Below are positions 42,117-52,912 of a DNA stretch of 64,000 nucleotides, piece after piece. The notes under the pieces were generated by a model. It saw only the letters and a list, made by a program, of their open reading frames with translations, did no database searches and was not told the origin of the DNA. Both the position numbers and the translations under genes were made by a program. Within the stretch, counting starts at the first letter, position 1; every line of letters starts with the position of its first letter. This DNA is from Bdellovibrionales bacterium (lineage in GTDB: Bacteria; Bdellovibrionota; Bdellovibrionia; Bdellovibrionales; UBA1609): NCBI GenBank assembly GCA_965261545.1, contig CBDHDF010000011.1, forward strand, positions 672,001 through 736,000. Direction: 5' to 3'.

Positions 42117-44005
42117 GGGACTGTAAAAATAATTGTGTAACTGCAATTTTTTTCTTAAATCTTAAAGCCACTTATGTGGCTCCACTCCTGGTAAAAAGCA
42201 CAGTCCCATATTATTCGTCAATGTATAATTGACATTTTTTCCTTCAAGCGATTTTGTCAGTCACAATGCATTATAAGTTAATGGGGAGGTGGACATCTTC
42301 GCTGGTCTATATAATTGGCCTCTTTAGTTACTCTGGACTTTTGATTGTATTATGGAGCCGTAATGGGATCATATCAGAACTGGAAAGAACTCAAATAAAT
42401 AATTATCATCTTGGTTGAAAAAAAATCAGCAATGGCTCTCTCAAAAAAATGGAAATTCCAATCTCATCAAAGGGTTCATGTGTTTAGGTTCCCATACTAT
42501 ATTACCCCCTTTTTTTTATTTTTTTTAACTTAGGATATTCGAGAAATACCAGAATTGGGATGAAATATGAAAAAAAATGGGAACCCAAATCTGCACCAAG
42601 AGGGCATGTATTTAGGTTCCCATACTATATTACCCTAACCATAGTCTCGGTATTCCAGTACTTCTGTCAACGCCTTAGAGGGGCTTTTAAGCCCCCTTAT
42701 AAGGCAGGTGGTGGACCTTATTAAAAAACTTAGTTGTCAAAACGGTCACCGTATTCAATGGCAAACCTGTTCATGGCTGGCTTCCAGTTGTGTAATGGTC
42801 GTGTCCATCGCTTAGAGGCCATTTTTATCGCTAAATATACAACTTTTAAAGCCGACCGATCACTGGGAAATATCTTACGATTTCTGATCGCCTTGCGGAT
42901 CACGCTATTTAACGACTCTATGGCGTTTGTGGTATAAAAAATCTTTCTGATTTCATCCGGATAATCGAAAATAGTGATGAGATTGTCCCAATTCCTACGC
43001 CAAGACTTTTCAATATTCGGATACTTTGAAGACCACTTGGTACAAAATTCCTCAAGGGCCTTTTCAGCTTCTGTCAGAGTCGTAGAGCCATAAATGGACT
43101 TGAGGTCTTGGGCGACAGCTTTCATATCCTTGGAAGGAACATAGCGAAGGGAATTGCGGACCATATGGACAATGCACAGTTGTACTTTAGACTTGGGAAA
43201 AGCCGCTGAAATGGCTTGAGGAAAACCTGTAAGACCATCTACAGAAAATATAAATACGTCTTTCAACCCTCGATTTTGCAGCTCAGTCAAAACACTCAAC
43301 CAAAACTTTGAACCCTCATTTTCAGAAATCCATAGGCCCAACAAGTCTTTCTGACCCTCCTCTGTAATACCAAGAGCTAGGTAAATCGCCTTATTAATAA
43401 CTCTCTTGTCTTGATGGACCTTCACCACGATACAGTCCAAAAATACGATAGGGTAAGTGCTATCCAAGGGGCGGTTCTGCCAAGCCGTAACTTCATCAAT
43501 AACAGCATCCGTCACGTTGGCTATCACTGAGTGGGATATCTCTGCACCATGGTAGAGGTCTTTGATAGCTCCTTGAATATCCCTGGTCGTCATTCCCCTC
43601 GCATAGAGGGTCAGAATACTGTCTTCAAAGCCCTCAAGACGAGTCTTGCCTTTGGGAATGACTTGGGGCTCAAAGGAGGCACTTCGGTCACGGGGGACCT
43701 GAAGCTCCACCTCGCCTTTCTCTCCCTTTATGGTCTTTCTACTGTAACCATTGCGAGTGTTGGATTTGCGGGTCTCAGACTTCTCATGCCTCTCATAACC
43801 TAGGTGATCGTCCATTTCCGCATTAAGAGCTGTCTCTAAAACAACCTTCATCAGTTGACCCGTTATGTCGGATAAATCCTTTTGGGTCTTGACGTTCTTC
43901 GCTAGTTCCTTGCCTATTGTCTTGATATCCATTTTGCCTTCTCCTTTCAGGATGATAGTTCATCCTAATATGATTCGGCAGTTACACAAAATAGTTTACA
44001 GGCTC
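42117..44005 (-). mobile_element. IS256-family element with about 610 bp of 3' non-coding cargo
   Basis: IRs GGGACTGTAAAAATAATTGTGTAACTGC / GCAGTTACACAAAATAGTTTACAGGCTC; 8-bp TSD CATGGATC. Confidence 0.94.
42730..43932 (-). CDS. IS256-family transposase
   Basis: NTRNGY, VPRDR..SFEP, WQNRPL, NRGL.D, QLCIVH, YTTNAIESLN. Confidence 0.96.
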   Translation of the reverse strand: MDIKTIGKELAKNVKTQKDLSDITGQLMKVVLETALNAEMDDHLGYERHEKSETRKSNTRNGYSRKTIKGEKGEVELQVPRDRSASFEPQVIPKGKTRLEGFEDSILTLYARGMTTRDIQGAIKDLYHGAEISHSVIANVTDAVIDEVTAWQNRPLDSTYPIVFLDCIVVKVHQDKRVINKAIYLALGITEEGQKDLLGLWISENEGSKFWLSVLTELQNRGLKDVFIFSVDGLTGFPQAISAAFPKSKVQLCIVHMVRNSLRYVPSKDMKAVAQDLKSIYGSTTLTEAEKALEEFCTKWSSKYPNIEKSWRRNWDNLITIFDYPDEIRKIFYTTNAIESLNSVIRKAIRNRKIFPSDRSALKVVYLAIKMASKRWTRPLHNWKPAMNRFAIEYGDRFDN

Positions 44006-44663
44006 CATGGATCAAAGAAAAAAACTTGGGGTTAGCCCACCCCCGAGGAGTTAGAGGTTCAAATCCTTAACCGAATGGGATCTCTCACTAAACGAATGCC
44101 ATTGACCACACCCCTCTGCCTCTGCGTTAAGCTATTTCTTTTAAAAGAACTCCCAGCCCTTTTGATAGACCTTTCATAGCTTCTTTTGAAGTGCCTCCTC
44201 TTCTCCATTGAAATCTTCATCAGCAACTTTATCTGCTTCCTAAATTTCTGATAGAGCCCCGCAACAAAAAGAGGGATGCTATCCATTATGAAATCAAGAA
44301 TCAGTTTAAAGTTAGGTTTTTTGTAGTCATTTTTTACCAACTGATTCACACTGTCTTCATCCTCATTTATGCTCATTTGAATCTTTGTATAATTGAAGAG
44401 CCAAAAATAAGAATACAGCTCTTGCAATATTCCATTAAGGCTTGTTGAGTGCCACTGCTCCATTTTCATTGTCGATGTAAAATCACGAAATGTCGTTTCT
44501 ATTTCCCAACGACGAGAGTAAAGAACAACCATATCCTTCTTGTCCAAGGAGCCATGCGGAAGATTAGTGGCCAAAACAGAGAACTCCCCAGTCTTTGGGT
44601 TTTTATACTTATAGAGATGAATGACCACCCCCTCAATAACCATTCGTGAATACCAACCTGGGC

Positions 44664-46080
44664 CAATGCCGTTTCCTTAAGCCACCACACCCCTCTGCCT
44701 CTGCGTTAAGCTATTTCTTTTAAAAGAACTCCCAGCCCTTTTGATAGACCTTTCATAGCTTCTTTTGAAGTGCCTCCTCTTCTCCATTGAAATCTTCATC
44801 AGCAACTTTATCTGCTTCCTAAATTTCTGATAGAGCCCCGCAACAAAAAGGGGGATGCTATCCATTATGAAATCAAGAATCAGTTTAAAGTTAGGTTTTT
44901 TGTAGTCATTTTTTACCAACTGATTCACACTGTCTTCATCCTCATTTATGCTCATTTGAATCTTTGTATAATTGAAGAGCCAAAAATAAGAATACAGCTC
45001 TTGCAATATTCCATTAAGGCTTGTTGAGTGCCACTGCTCCATTTTCATTGTCGATGTAAAATCACGAAATGTCGTTTCTATTTCCCAACGACGAGAGTAA
45101 AGAGCAACCATATCCTTCTTGTCCAAGGAGCCATGCGGAAGATTAGTGGCCAAAACAGAGAACTCCCCAGTCTTTGGGTTTTTATACTTATAGAGATGAA
45201 TGACCACCCCCTCAATAACCATTTGTGAATACCAACCTGGGCCATTAAATAAATTTACGATGGGGATAAAAGTAGAGCCTCGCTTACAACGCGCAATAAA
45301 GAAGTTACTGGCTTGAGCATGGGCCTTAATAATCTCTGTAGATAAATAAAGCCTATCGTAGAGAGTTATGCTATTACTCTCAAAACTACCTATCATTTGA
45401 ATAGCATTGGCGATTTCGTTGAGAGCGGGAGAATAGCAAAGATTCTTTGTCACACCCGATAAAACGTCATAAGCATGAGATAGATACATACGTAAGAAAT
45501 GAGTTTCCATCTCATTTGGGCAAGGGTACCCACAATAACCCTCCTTTAAAAGATCTTTAGAGCGAGGAAGTGCTAATTGGTCGCCATCTATGGCATAGAT
45601 ATAAAAGCCATGAAACGTTTTTCTCAATGGTTCGTAGTCTGTAATCAGAGATTCAAAGATATTTTTAAAAAATAGGTAAGAAATACTTTGACGTATCTTG
45701 CTGAGACTGCTTTTGACTGGCATGAGAAGCAGGTCACCAAAATGAGTCCATACCGTCTTAAGAGCGATTTGGTAGCCTTCGTAATTTGTTCCGGAAATAA
45801 GATAGATAATAGTAAAAAAGAAAATTTGAGGATTAAATTTTCGATTCCTTTTTTGTTTTTCTGGATCGACAAGGTGCTCTGGCTTGAAGGAAGAATCAAG
45901 TTTTGGTAGAATAAAATGGTCATCTGTGACGCGAACTCGTCATTTGGGGGCTTTCGAGATCAATATTGGATTGCATGTGACTTACTCCTTGGTTGAGGGT
46001 TGGGTGTAAAATAAAACAAGTCTTATTCTTGTCGATTTATCTAATAATTTCAAGAGATTTTTCTTAAGGAAACGGCATTG
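44664..46080 (-). mobile_element. IS4 type A complete copy (1417 bp)
   Basis: Perfect 18-bp IRs; 10-bp TSD CAACCTGGGC (44654-44663 and 46081-46090). Confidence 0.95.
44677..45723 (-). CDS. IS4-family transposase type A
   Basis: 348 aa, near-identical to 35991-37043; stop codon lies within the IR. Confidence 0.88.
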   Translation of the reverse strand: MPVKSSLSKIRQSISYLFFKNIFESLITDYEPLRKTFHGFYIYAIDGDQLALPRSKDLLKEGYCGYPCPNEMETHFLRMYLSHAYDVLSGVTKNLCYSPALNEIANAIQMIGSFESNSITLYDRLYLSTEIIKAHAQASNFFIARCKRGSTFIPIVNLFNGPGWYSQMVIEGVVIHLYKYKNPKTGEFSVLATNLPHGSLDKKDMVALYSRRWEIETTFRDFTSTMKMEQWHSTSLNGILQELYSYFWLFNYTKIQMSINEDEDSVNQLVKNDYKKPNFKLILDFIMDSIPLFVAGLYQKFRKQIKLLMKISMEKRRHFKRSYERSIKRAGSSFKRNSLTQRQRGVVA

Positions 46081-47697
46081 CAACCTGGGCCATTAAATAA
46101 ATTTACAATGGGGATAAAAGTAGAGCCTCGCTTACAACGCGCAATAAAGAAGTTACTGGCTTGAGCATGGGCCTTAATAATCTCTGTAGATAAATAAAGC
46201 CTATCGTAGAGAGTTATGCTATTACTCTCAAAACTACCTATCATTTGAATAGCATTGGCGATTTCGTTCAGAGCGGGAGAATAGCAAAGATTCTTTGTCA
46301 CACCCGATAAGACGTCATAAGCATGAGATAGATACATACGTAAGAAATGAGTTTCCATCTCATTTGGGCAAGGGTACCCACAATAACCCTCCTTTAAAAG
46401 ATCTTTAGAGCGAGGAAGTGCTAATTGGTCGCCATCTATGGCATAGATATAAAAACCATGAAACGTTTTTCTCAATGGTTCGTAGTCTGTAATCAGAGAT
46501 TCAAAGATATCTTTGAAAAATAGGTAAGAAATACTTTGACGTATCTTGCTGAGACTGCTTTTGACTGGCATGAGAAGCAGGTCACCAAAATGAGTCCATA
46601 CCGTCTTAAGAGCGATTTGGTAGCCTTCGTAATTTGTTCCGGAAATAAGATAGATAATGGTAAAAAAGAAAATTTGAGGATTAAATTTTCGATTCCTTTT
46701 TTGTTTTTCTGGATCGACAAGGTGCTCTGGCTTGAAGGAAGAATCAAGTTTTGGTAGAATAAAATGGTCATCTGTGACGCGAACTCGTCATTTGGGGGCT
46801 TTCGAGATCAATATTGGATTGCATGTGACTTACTCCTTGGTTGAGGGTTGGGTGTAAAATAAAACAAGTCTTATTCTTGTCGATTTATCTAATGATTTCA
46901 AGAGATTTTTCTTAAGGAAACGGCATTGACTCAGAGAATGACGGGCCGGGAAACGGAGTCGAGAAATAGCGAGGACAAGAAATAACGGGGCTGAGAAACT
47001 TCAGAGGGACTGTAAAAATAATTGTGTAACTGCAATTTTTTTCTTAAATCTTAAAGCCACTTATGTGGCTCCACTCCTGGTAAAAAGCACAGTCCCATAT
47101 TATTCGTCAATGTATAATTGACATTTTTTCCTTCAAGCGATTTTGTCAGTCACAATGCATTATAAGTTAATGGGGAGGTGGACATCTTCGCTGGTCTATA
47201 TAATTGGCCTCTTTAGTTACTCTGGACTTTTGATTGTATTATGGAGCCGTAATGGGATCATATCAGAACTGGAAAGAACTCAAATAAATAATTATCATCT
47301 TGGTTGAAAAAAAATCAGCAATGGCTCTCTCAAAAAAATGGAAATTCCAATCTCATCAAAGGGTTCATGTGTTTAGGTTCCCATACTATATTACCCCCTT
47401 TTTTTTATTTTTTTTAACTTAGGATATTCGAGAAATACCAGAATTGGGATGAAATATGAAAAAAAATGGGAACCCAAATCTGCACCAAGAGGGCATGTAT
47501 TTAGGTTCCCATACTATATTACCCTAACCATAGTCTCGGTATTCCAGTACTTCTGTCAACGCCTTAGAGGGGCTTTTAAGCCCCCTTATAAGGCAGGTGG
47601 TGGACCTTATTAAAAAACTTAGTTGTCAAAACGGTCACCGTATTCAATGGCAAACCTGTTCATGGCTGGCTTCCAGTTGTGTAATGGTCGTGTCCAT

Positions 47698-48976
47698 TGA
47701 GGTGGACCCCAATGTCAGACTGAAAAACTTGATTTTTAAGCTACACCACAGCGCACAAAGAAGCCCCGTGTTAATGTGTTAAATCCACCTCTCCCATATG
47801 CACCTGATAAGGGGTGCAATCCTGAAGAGACTGGTGTGGCCTTTTATTATTATAAAAATTAAAATACGTTTTAAAACCTTTGTTGGCTTGAACCATTGAT
47901 TTGTCTTGATAGCCTTTCAAGTAAACCTCTTCGTACTTAACAGACCGCCAAAGCCGCTCGATCATAATGTTGTCTAAACACCTGCCTTTGCCGTCCATAC
48001 TGATCGAGATTCCATGATTTTTCAATAATTTTGTGAAAACCTCAGAAGTGAATTGGCACCCTTGATCAGTATTGACGATATCAGGGCAACCAAATGTTTC
48101 TATGGCTTCCTCAAAGACTTCTAAACAAAAAGTTGTCTCAAGGCTATTAGAAAGTCTCCAAGACAGAACAAATCGGCTAAACCAATCTATCACAGCTACC
48201 AAGTAAGCAAAGCCACCAGACAACCTTATAAAAGTAATATCAGTAGCCCACACTTGGTTGGGGGAGCAGATATTAAGCCCCTTAAGTAGGTAGGGATAAA
48301 CCTTATGCTGATGGTTTCGCTGACTGGTGTTTGGACCTGGGAAGATAGCGAAAAGACACATCTTTTCCATGAGCCGCTGAATCCTCTTGCGGTTGACCCC
48401 ATGGCCATTAAGTCTTAAGTGAGCTGCCATTTTACGGCTCCCATAAAAAGGGGTCTCCAAGTACTGTTTGTCAATTAAACTCATCAGTTTTAAGTTGTAG
48501 GCACTCTCAGGTATGGGCTTGTAGTACAAGGCTCCCTTAGAGAGTCCTAGCAACTCACATTGGCGAGTGACACAAATATTTGGATGTTTCCAATTGATAG
48601 CGGCTTTTTTCTCAGGCATTGAAGCTCTCAGATTTTTTTTTAACCAATCATTTTCAACCTTTAACTGCCCTATTTGCCGATACAATTCATCAATGGTTTT
48701 TCTTTGTTCTTCTACCTCGTTGTTGTCCTTTTTTTTGCTCGCTAAGGCCTTAGGAATGGCTTCAATAGCTTGCTTCTTCCAATCTTGGATTTGGATGCGG
48801 TGAACTCCATGCTTGGAGGCCAACTCTGCCATTGTGTCAGTCTCACGAATGGCGTCAAGTGCGACTCTGGCCTTAAATTGTGCGCTGTGTTTCTTTCTCA
48901 TTATCCCCTCCTATGAGGGGCTTTTTACCCGCTGCGGTGTAACTTAGCAACCAGTCTGTTTTTGGGGTCCACTATA
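47698..48976 (-). mobile_element. IS3-family element, intact (1279 bp)
   Basis: IRs TGAGGTGGACCCC / GGGGTCCACTATA; 3-bp TSD CAT. Confidence 0.95.
47771..48901 (-). CDS. IS3-family transposase, OrfA and OrfB in one frame
   Basis: HTH, leucine zipper and DDE core in a single 376-aa ORF. Confidence 0.93.
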   Translation of the reverse strand: MRKKHSAQFKARVALDAIRETDTMAELASKHGVHRIQIQDWKKQAIEAIPKALASKKKDNNEVEEQRKTIDELYRQIGQLKVENDWLKKNLRASMPEKKAAINWKHPNICVTRQCELLGLSKGALYYKPIPESAYNLKLMSLIDKQYLETPFYGSRKMAAHLRLNGHGVNRKRIQRLMEKMCLFAIFPGPNTSQRNHQHKVYPYLLKGLNICSPNQVWATDITFIRLSGGFAYLVAVIDWFSRFVLSWRLSNSLETTFCLEVFEEAIETFGCPDIVNTDQGCQFTSEVFTKLLKNHGISISMDGKGRCLDNIMIERLWRSVKYEEVYLKGYQDKSMVQANKGFKTYFNFYNNKRPHQSLQDCTPYQVHMGEVDLTH

Positions 48977-50254
48977 CATCGCTTAGAGGCCATTTTTATC
49001 GCTAAATATACAACTTTTAAAGCCGACCGATCACTGGGAAATATCTTACGATTTCTGATCGCCTTGCGGATCACGCTATTTAACGACTCTATGGCATTTG
49101 TGGTATAAAAAATCTTTCTGATTTCATCCGGATAATCGAAAATAGTGATGAGATTGTCCCAATTCCTACGCCAAGACTTTTCAATATTAGGATACTTTGA
49201 AGACCACTTGGTACAAAATTCCTCAAGGGCCTTTTCAGCTTCTGTCAGAGTCGTAGAGCCATAAATGGACTTGAGGTCTTGGGCGACAGCTTTCATATCC
49301 TTGGAAGGAACATAGCGAAGGGAATTGCGGACCATATGGACAATGCACAGTTGCACTTTAGACTTGGGAAAAGCCGCTGAAATGGCTTGAGGAAAACCTG
49401 TAAGACCATCTACAGAAAATATAAATACATCTTTCAACCCTCGATTTTGCAGCTCAGTCAAAACACTCAACCAAAACTTTGAACCCTCATTTTCAGAAAT
49501 CCATAGGCCCAACAAGTCTTTCTGACCCTCCTCTGTAATACCAAGAGCTAGGTAAATCGCCTTATTAATAACTCTCTTGTCTTGATGGACCTTCACCACG
49601 ATACAGTCCAAAAATACGATAGGGTAAGTGCTATCCAAGGGGCGGTTCTGCCAAGCCGTAACTTCATCAATAACAGCATCCGTCACGTTGGCTATCACTG
49701 AGTGGGATATCTCTGCACCATGGTAGAGGTCTTTGATAGCTCCTTGAATATCCCTGGTCGTCATTCCCCTCGCATAGAGGGTCAGGATACTGTCTTCAAA
49801 GCCCTCAAGACGAGTCTTACCCTTGGGAATGACTTGAGGTTCAAAGGAGGCACTTCGGTCACGGGGGACCTGAAGCTCCACCTCGCCTTTCTCTCCCTTT
49901 ATGGTCTTTCTACTGTAACCATTGCGAGTGTTGGATTTGCGGGTCTCAGACTTCTCATGCCTCTCATAACCTAGGTGATCGTCCATTTCCGCATTAAGGG
50001 CCGTCTCTAAAACAACCTTCATCAGTTGACCCGTTATGTCGGATAAATCCTTTTGGGTCTTGACGTTCTTCGCTAGTTCCTTGCCTATTGTCTTGATATC
50101 CATTCTGCCTTCTCCTTTCAGGATGATAGTTCATCCTAATATGATTCGGCAGTTACACAAAATAGTTTACAGGCTCACTTCAGAGGGAAAAGAAAACGGT
50201 ATGGGGTGTGGCTGGAGTATGACAGATGGCGGTTTGGATCAGGGTGGATAACAT

Positions 50255-51109
50255 TCATGGGAGTTCATAACTGTCGATCTTTCCAGGCATTCCTTTTAAA
50301 AATATGACTTGATCTGTAAAATTATAATATCTGTAAAAGATAAATTCATTCCAAAAGTTTAGATCAGGACCAAATTTCATAAAATTATGAACTTGTTCTT
50401 TAGACACACTATATTCTTTAAAGAATTTCATCCACTCTCGCTTTTTATTCATGAGAACATATGGGGTGGTACTAATGGTAGAGTAACCAAATTTTTCATT
50501 AATATCTGGTAAGAATCGAGTGTACCACAATTGCCCAACTTCTCCCTCGTAGCCACCAGGAGTAAGTTCTCCCCAAAATTCGTCTTCAGTGATCAATTCT
50601 CTTAAAAATAACATCCTATCTCTCTTCTTGCGAATTTCATAAACCCCCATTCTGGAATTACTAAGGTAGGTAGTAATGTCTATTGTTTCCTTATCAACGC
50701 CAAGATATTCGGCGACATCAAGGAAGATTCCTGCTAAAGTTTCCTTCTCTTTGCCAGCGCGAGCATCAAATAATTCCCATTGTGTGTAATAAGATTCGCT
50801 TATGGGACTCATGGGAGGGTAGCTTGGAAGGTAGATATTTTCTCGATCATCCTTAATTTTTGAAAAGTCCTTAAACTCGTTCATTTCAGCCATGGAGTAA
50901 ATTGGATAATAGATAAACTGTATGGTTTGCATATAAACACTATAGAGAGGACTTATCCCATCTCGTTTTAATTCTTCGATCTTATCTTTCAATATTTTAA
51001 CAACTTCATTTGTTCTTCTTTTAGTTTCAATATCAGTAACATTTGAATTATTATTGTCTTCCTTCGATGATGAAAGATTCTTTAAAACAAGTTTAGATAT
51101 TCTACCCAT
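50255..51109 (-). CDS. Hypothetical protein
   Basis: 284-aa AT-rich ORF with GGAGGA RBS; motif PSYPPMSPISESYY; function not recognised. Confidence 0.75.
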   Translation of the reverse strand: MGRISKLVLKNLSSSKEDNNNSNVTDIETKRRTNEVVKILKDKIEELKRDGISPLYSVYMQTIQFIYYPIYSMAEMNEFKDFSKIKDDRENIYLPSYPPMSPISESYYTQWELFDARAGKEKETLAGIFLDVAEYLGVDKETIDITTYLSNSRMGVYEIRKKRDRMLFLRELITEDEFWGELTPGGYEGEVGQLWYTRFLPDINEKFGYSTISTTPYVLMNKKREWMKFFKEYSVSKEQVHNFMKFGPDLNFWNEFIFYRYYNFTDQVIFLKGMPGKIDSYELP

Positions 51110-51605
51110 TTATTCCTCCAAAAAATTTTCATTGATATTCTAAATCCACTGCCACAAGTTCTTCTAAGCCACCTCTGTTGAGAGATGGGTGTAACGTAAA
51201 ACAGTTCTATTCTCGTCGTCTTATTTAATAATTTCAAGAGATTATTCTTACATGGCTTCACAAAGAGGTCAAAGAGCCACCAAGAGACTCCACAAGGGAC
51301 TTACTGAGGCCCCCATGACTCAGAAAATGGTGGGCCGAAAGTGGGGGCGAGAAATAACGAGCTGGAAAATGACGGAGTCGAGCCCCCCAGAAGGAAGCCC
51401 GAAGGGGAGGATAAAATCAAGCAATGAAGCCTCAACTTCTCGGAGGCCCAGAGGGGAGGGCAAAGCCAGACGACAATGAAGCTTCAGCCTCTCCGGACGA
51501 ATCTATAAACTTGACCACCTGACCTTGTCTTTTTTTCAGAGATATTGTACGAGTTTTTATAAGAATAGTTCTGTTTTGCAAATTTTTACTCAAGGACCCC
51601 CTCCA

Positions 51606-52787
51606 ATGGCATTAAAGATTAAAATTTCTTTTCTAACACATAAAAAATTTTCTCAACGACATGAACGGCTTGTTTTATCTATTTCTTTATATTTTCTAAA
51701 TATTCTATGTATTTTCTGCGCAGCCTCAAAAGCGTGGACTCAAACAACTCTGGAAGCGCAAGCCCTTTCGAGTTCGAGGCAAACCATGGCAACCTCCAAA
51801 GTGCAAACCACTGGAACTCATGGGACCCATGGGACTCATGGGACTCATTTTGATTCTTGGCTGAAAGAGGTTCGCAAAGAGGCCAAGAAACGCAAGTTGA
51901 CATCCGTGAAAGTTCGGAGTGTGTTGCAAGACCTCAAGCCTATTGCCAAAGTGATTGAGAAAGATCGTCATCAACTCGAATTTACTTTGACAGTCCCTCA
52001 GTATCTTAAATCAAAAGTGAACAAGAAGCGGGTGCAAAAGGGTCGCAAACTGCTTCATCAGCATAGAAAGGTACTGGCCCAAGTTGAAGCCAAATATGGA
52101 GTCCCTCGGGAAATTATTGTTGCCTTGTGGGGTATTGAAACGGACTTCGGTCGCAAGGGGAGAGATTTTCCCGCAATTGGGGCTTTGGCGACACTGGCCT
52201 ATGATGGGCGGCGCTCATCTTTATTTCGCAAGCAACTGTTCAGTGCTTTACAAATGATTCATGAGGGACATGCTTTACCTGAGCAAATGGTGGGCACATG
52301 GTCAGGTGCTATCGGGCAAATCAACTTTATGCCATCCTCATTTTTGAGTTACGCCGTGGACCATGATGGTGATGGCAAGCGTGACATCTGGAATAATCTC
52401 CCTGATATATTTGCTTCAGCGGCCAATTTCTTAGCTCATGCAAAATGGCAGAAGAAACAAGCTTGGGGCCGAGCTGTCCTCCTTCCTAGGAAGTTCGACA
52501 AAAGGCTAGCCAACTTAAGGGTGAAAAAAACACTTTCTCAATGGCAGGCTCTAGGTGTTAGGAAGGTCAATGGGAGCAACTTATCTAAGAACAATTTCAT
52601 GGGCTCCGTGGTATGGCCTCACAAAGATTTGCATAAGAATTTGAATAAAAAACAGGCACGAACAGAGCTAGATGCATATACAGCCTATGTGGTTCATGAG
52701 AACTATCACTCCATATTGCGCTGGAATCGCTCTGTCTCTTTTGCCCTCGCTGTGGGACTTCTTTCAGATCGCATTTCAGAGAGATGA
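51606..52787 (+). CDS. mltB: Lytic murein transglycosylase (MltB/SLT_2-like)
   Basis: DRHQLEF, YGVPREIIVALWGIETDFG, ALATLAYDGRR, GAIGQINFMPSSF, AVDHDGDGKRDIW, WNRS; start uncertain (51525 or 51606). Confidence 0.92.
   Translation: MALKIKISFLTHKKFSQRHERLVLSISLYFLNILCIFCAASKAWTQTTLEAQALSSSRQTMATSKVQTTGTHGTHGTHGTHFDSWLKEVRKEAKKRKLTSVKVRSVLQDLKPIAKVIEKDRHQLEFTLTVPQYLKSKVNKKRVQKGRKLLHQHRKVLAQVEAKYGVPREIIVALWGIETDFGRKGRDFPAIGALATLAYDGRRSSLFRKQLFSALQMIHEGHALPEQMVGTWSGAIGQINFMPSSFLSYAVDHDGDGKRDIWNNLPDIFASAANFLAHAKWQKKQAWGRAVLLPRKFDKRLANLRVKKTLSQWQALGVRKVNGSNLSKNNFMGSVVWPHKDLHKNLNKKQARTELDAYTAYVVHENYHSILRWNRSVSFALAVGLLSDRISER
51813..51848. repeat. In-frame 9-bp repeat x4 (GTH) inside the transglycosylase gene
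   Basis: ggaactcat gggacccat gggactcat gggactcat. Confidence 0.88.
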
Positions 52788-52912
52788 CTGGGGGAATTAC
52801 GGCCCCCCCCCTAGGTCTCATAGTTGTCTGTGCGCTTCAATCGCTCCCCCAACCGCAGTCAGGGGAGGTAAATGTACCGCATTGGGAAGGTGGATCCTGT
52901 GATGTTTCAATC

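Larger units (their letters stand above)
39654..44104 (+). mobile_element. IS4-family element type B (IS256 inserted in its 3' non-coding end)
   Basis: IRs CAATGGCATTCGTTT / AAACGAATGCCATTG; no TSD. Confidence 0.87.
44105..46928 (-). mobile_element. IS4 type A outer copy, split by self-insertion; 3' IR lost
   Basis: 5' half 46081-46928 and 3' half 44105-44663; 3' end abuts the IS4 type B IR. Confidence 0.9.
47619..50103 (-). pseudogene. IS256 transposase split near its C-terminus by IS3
   Basis: Matches 42730-43932 up to ASKR, then reads into the IS3 IR. Confidence 0.9.
47006..50176 (-). mobile_element. IS256-family element, second copy, interrupted by IS3
   Basis: Same IRs; 8-bp TSD ACTTCAGA (46998-47005 and 50177-50184). 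Confidence 0.94.

Noticed and set aside
42477..42635. 31-bp direct repeat as a mini CRISPR array
   Set aside because: The 128-bp period is too long, there are only two units, and the intervening sequence pairs with the repeat; reported as hairpin units instead.
51422..51495. CAATGAAGC(C/T)TCA repeats as a type I-G CRISPR relic
   Set aside because: Two short imperfect copies 52 bp apart; the intervening sequence resembles a decayed IS21 end.
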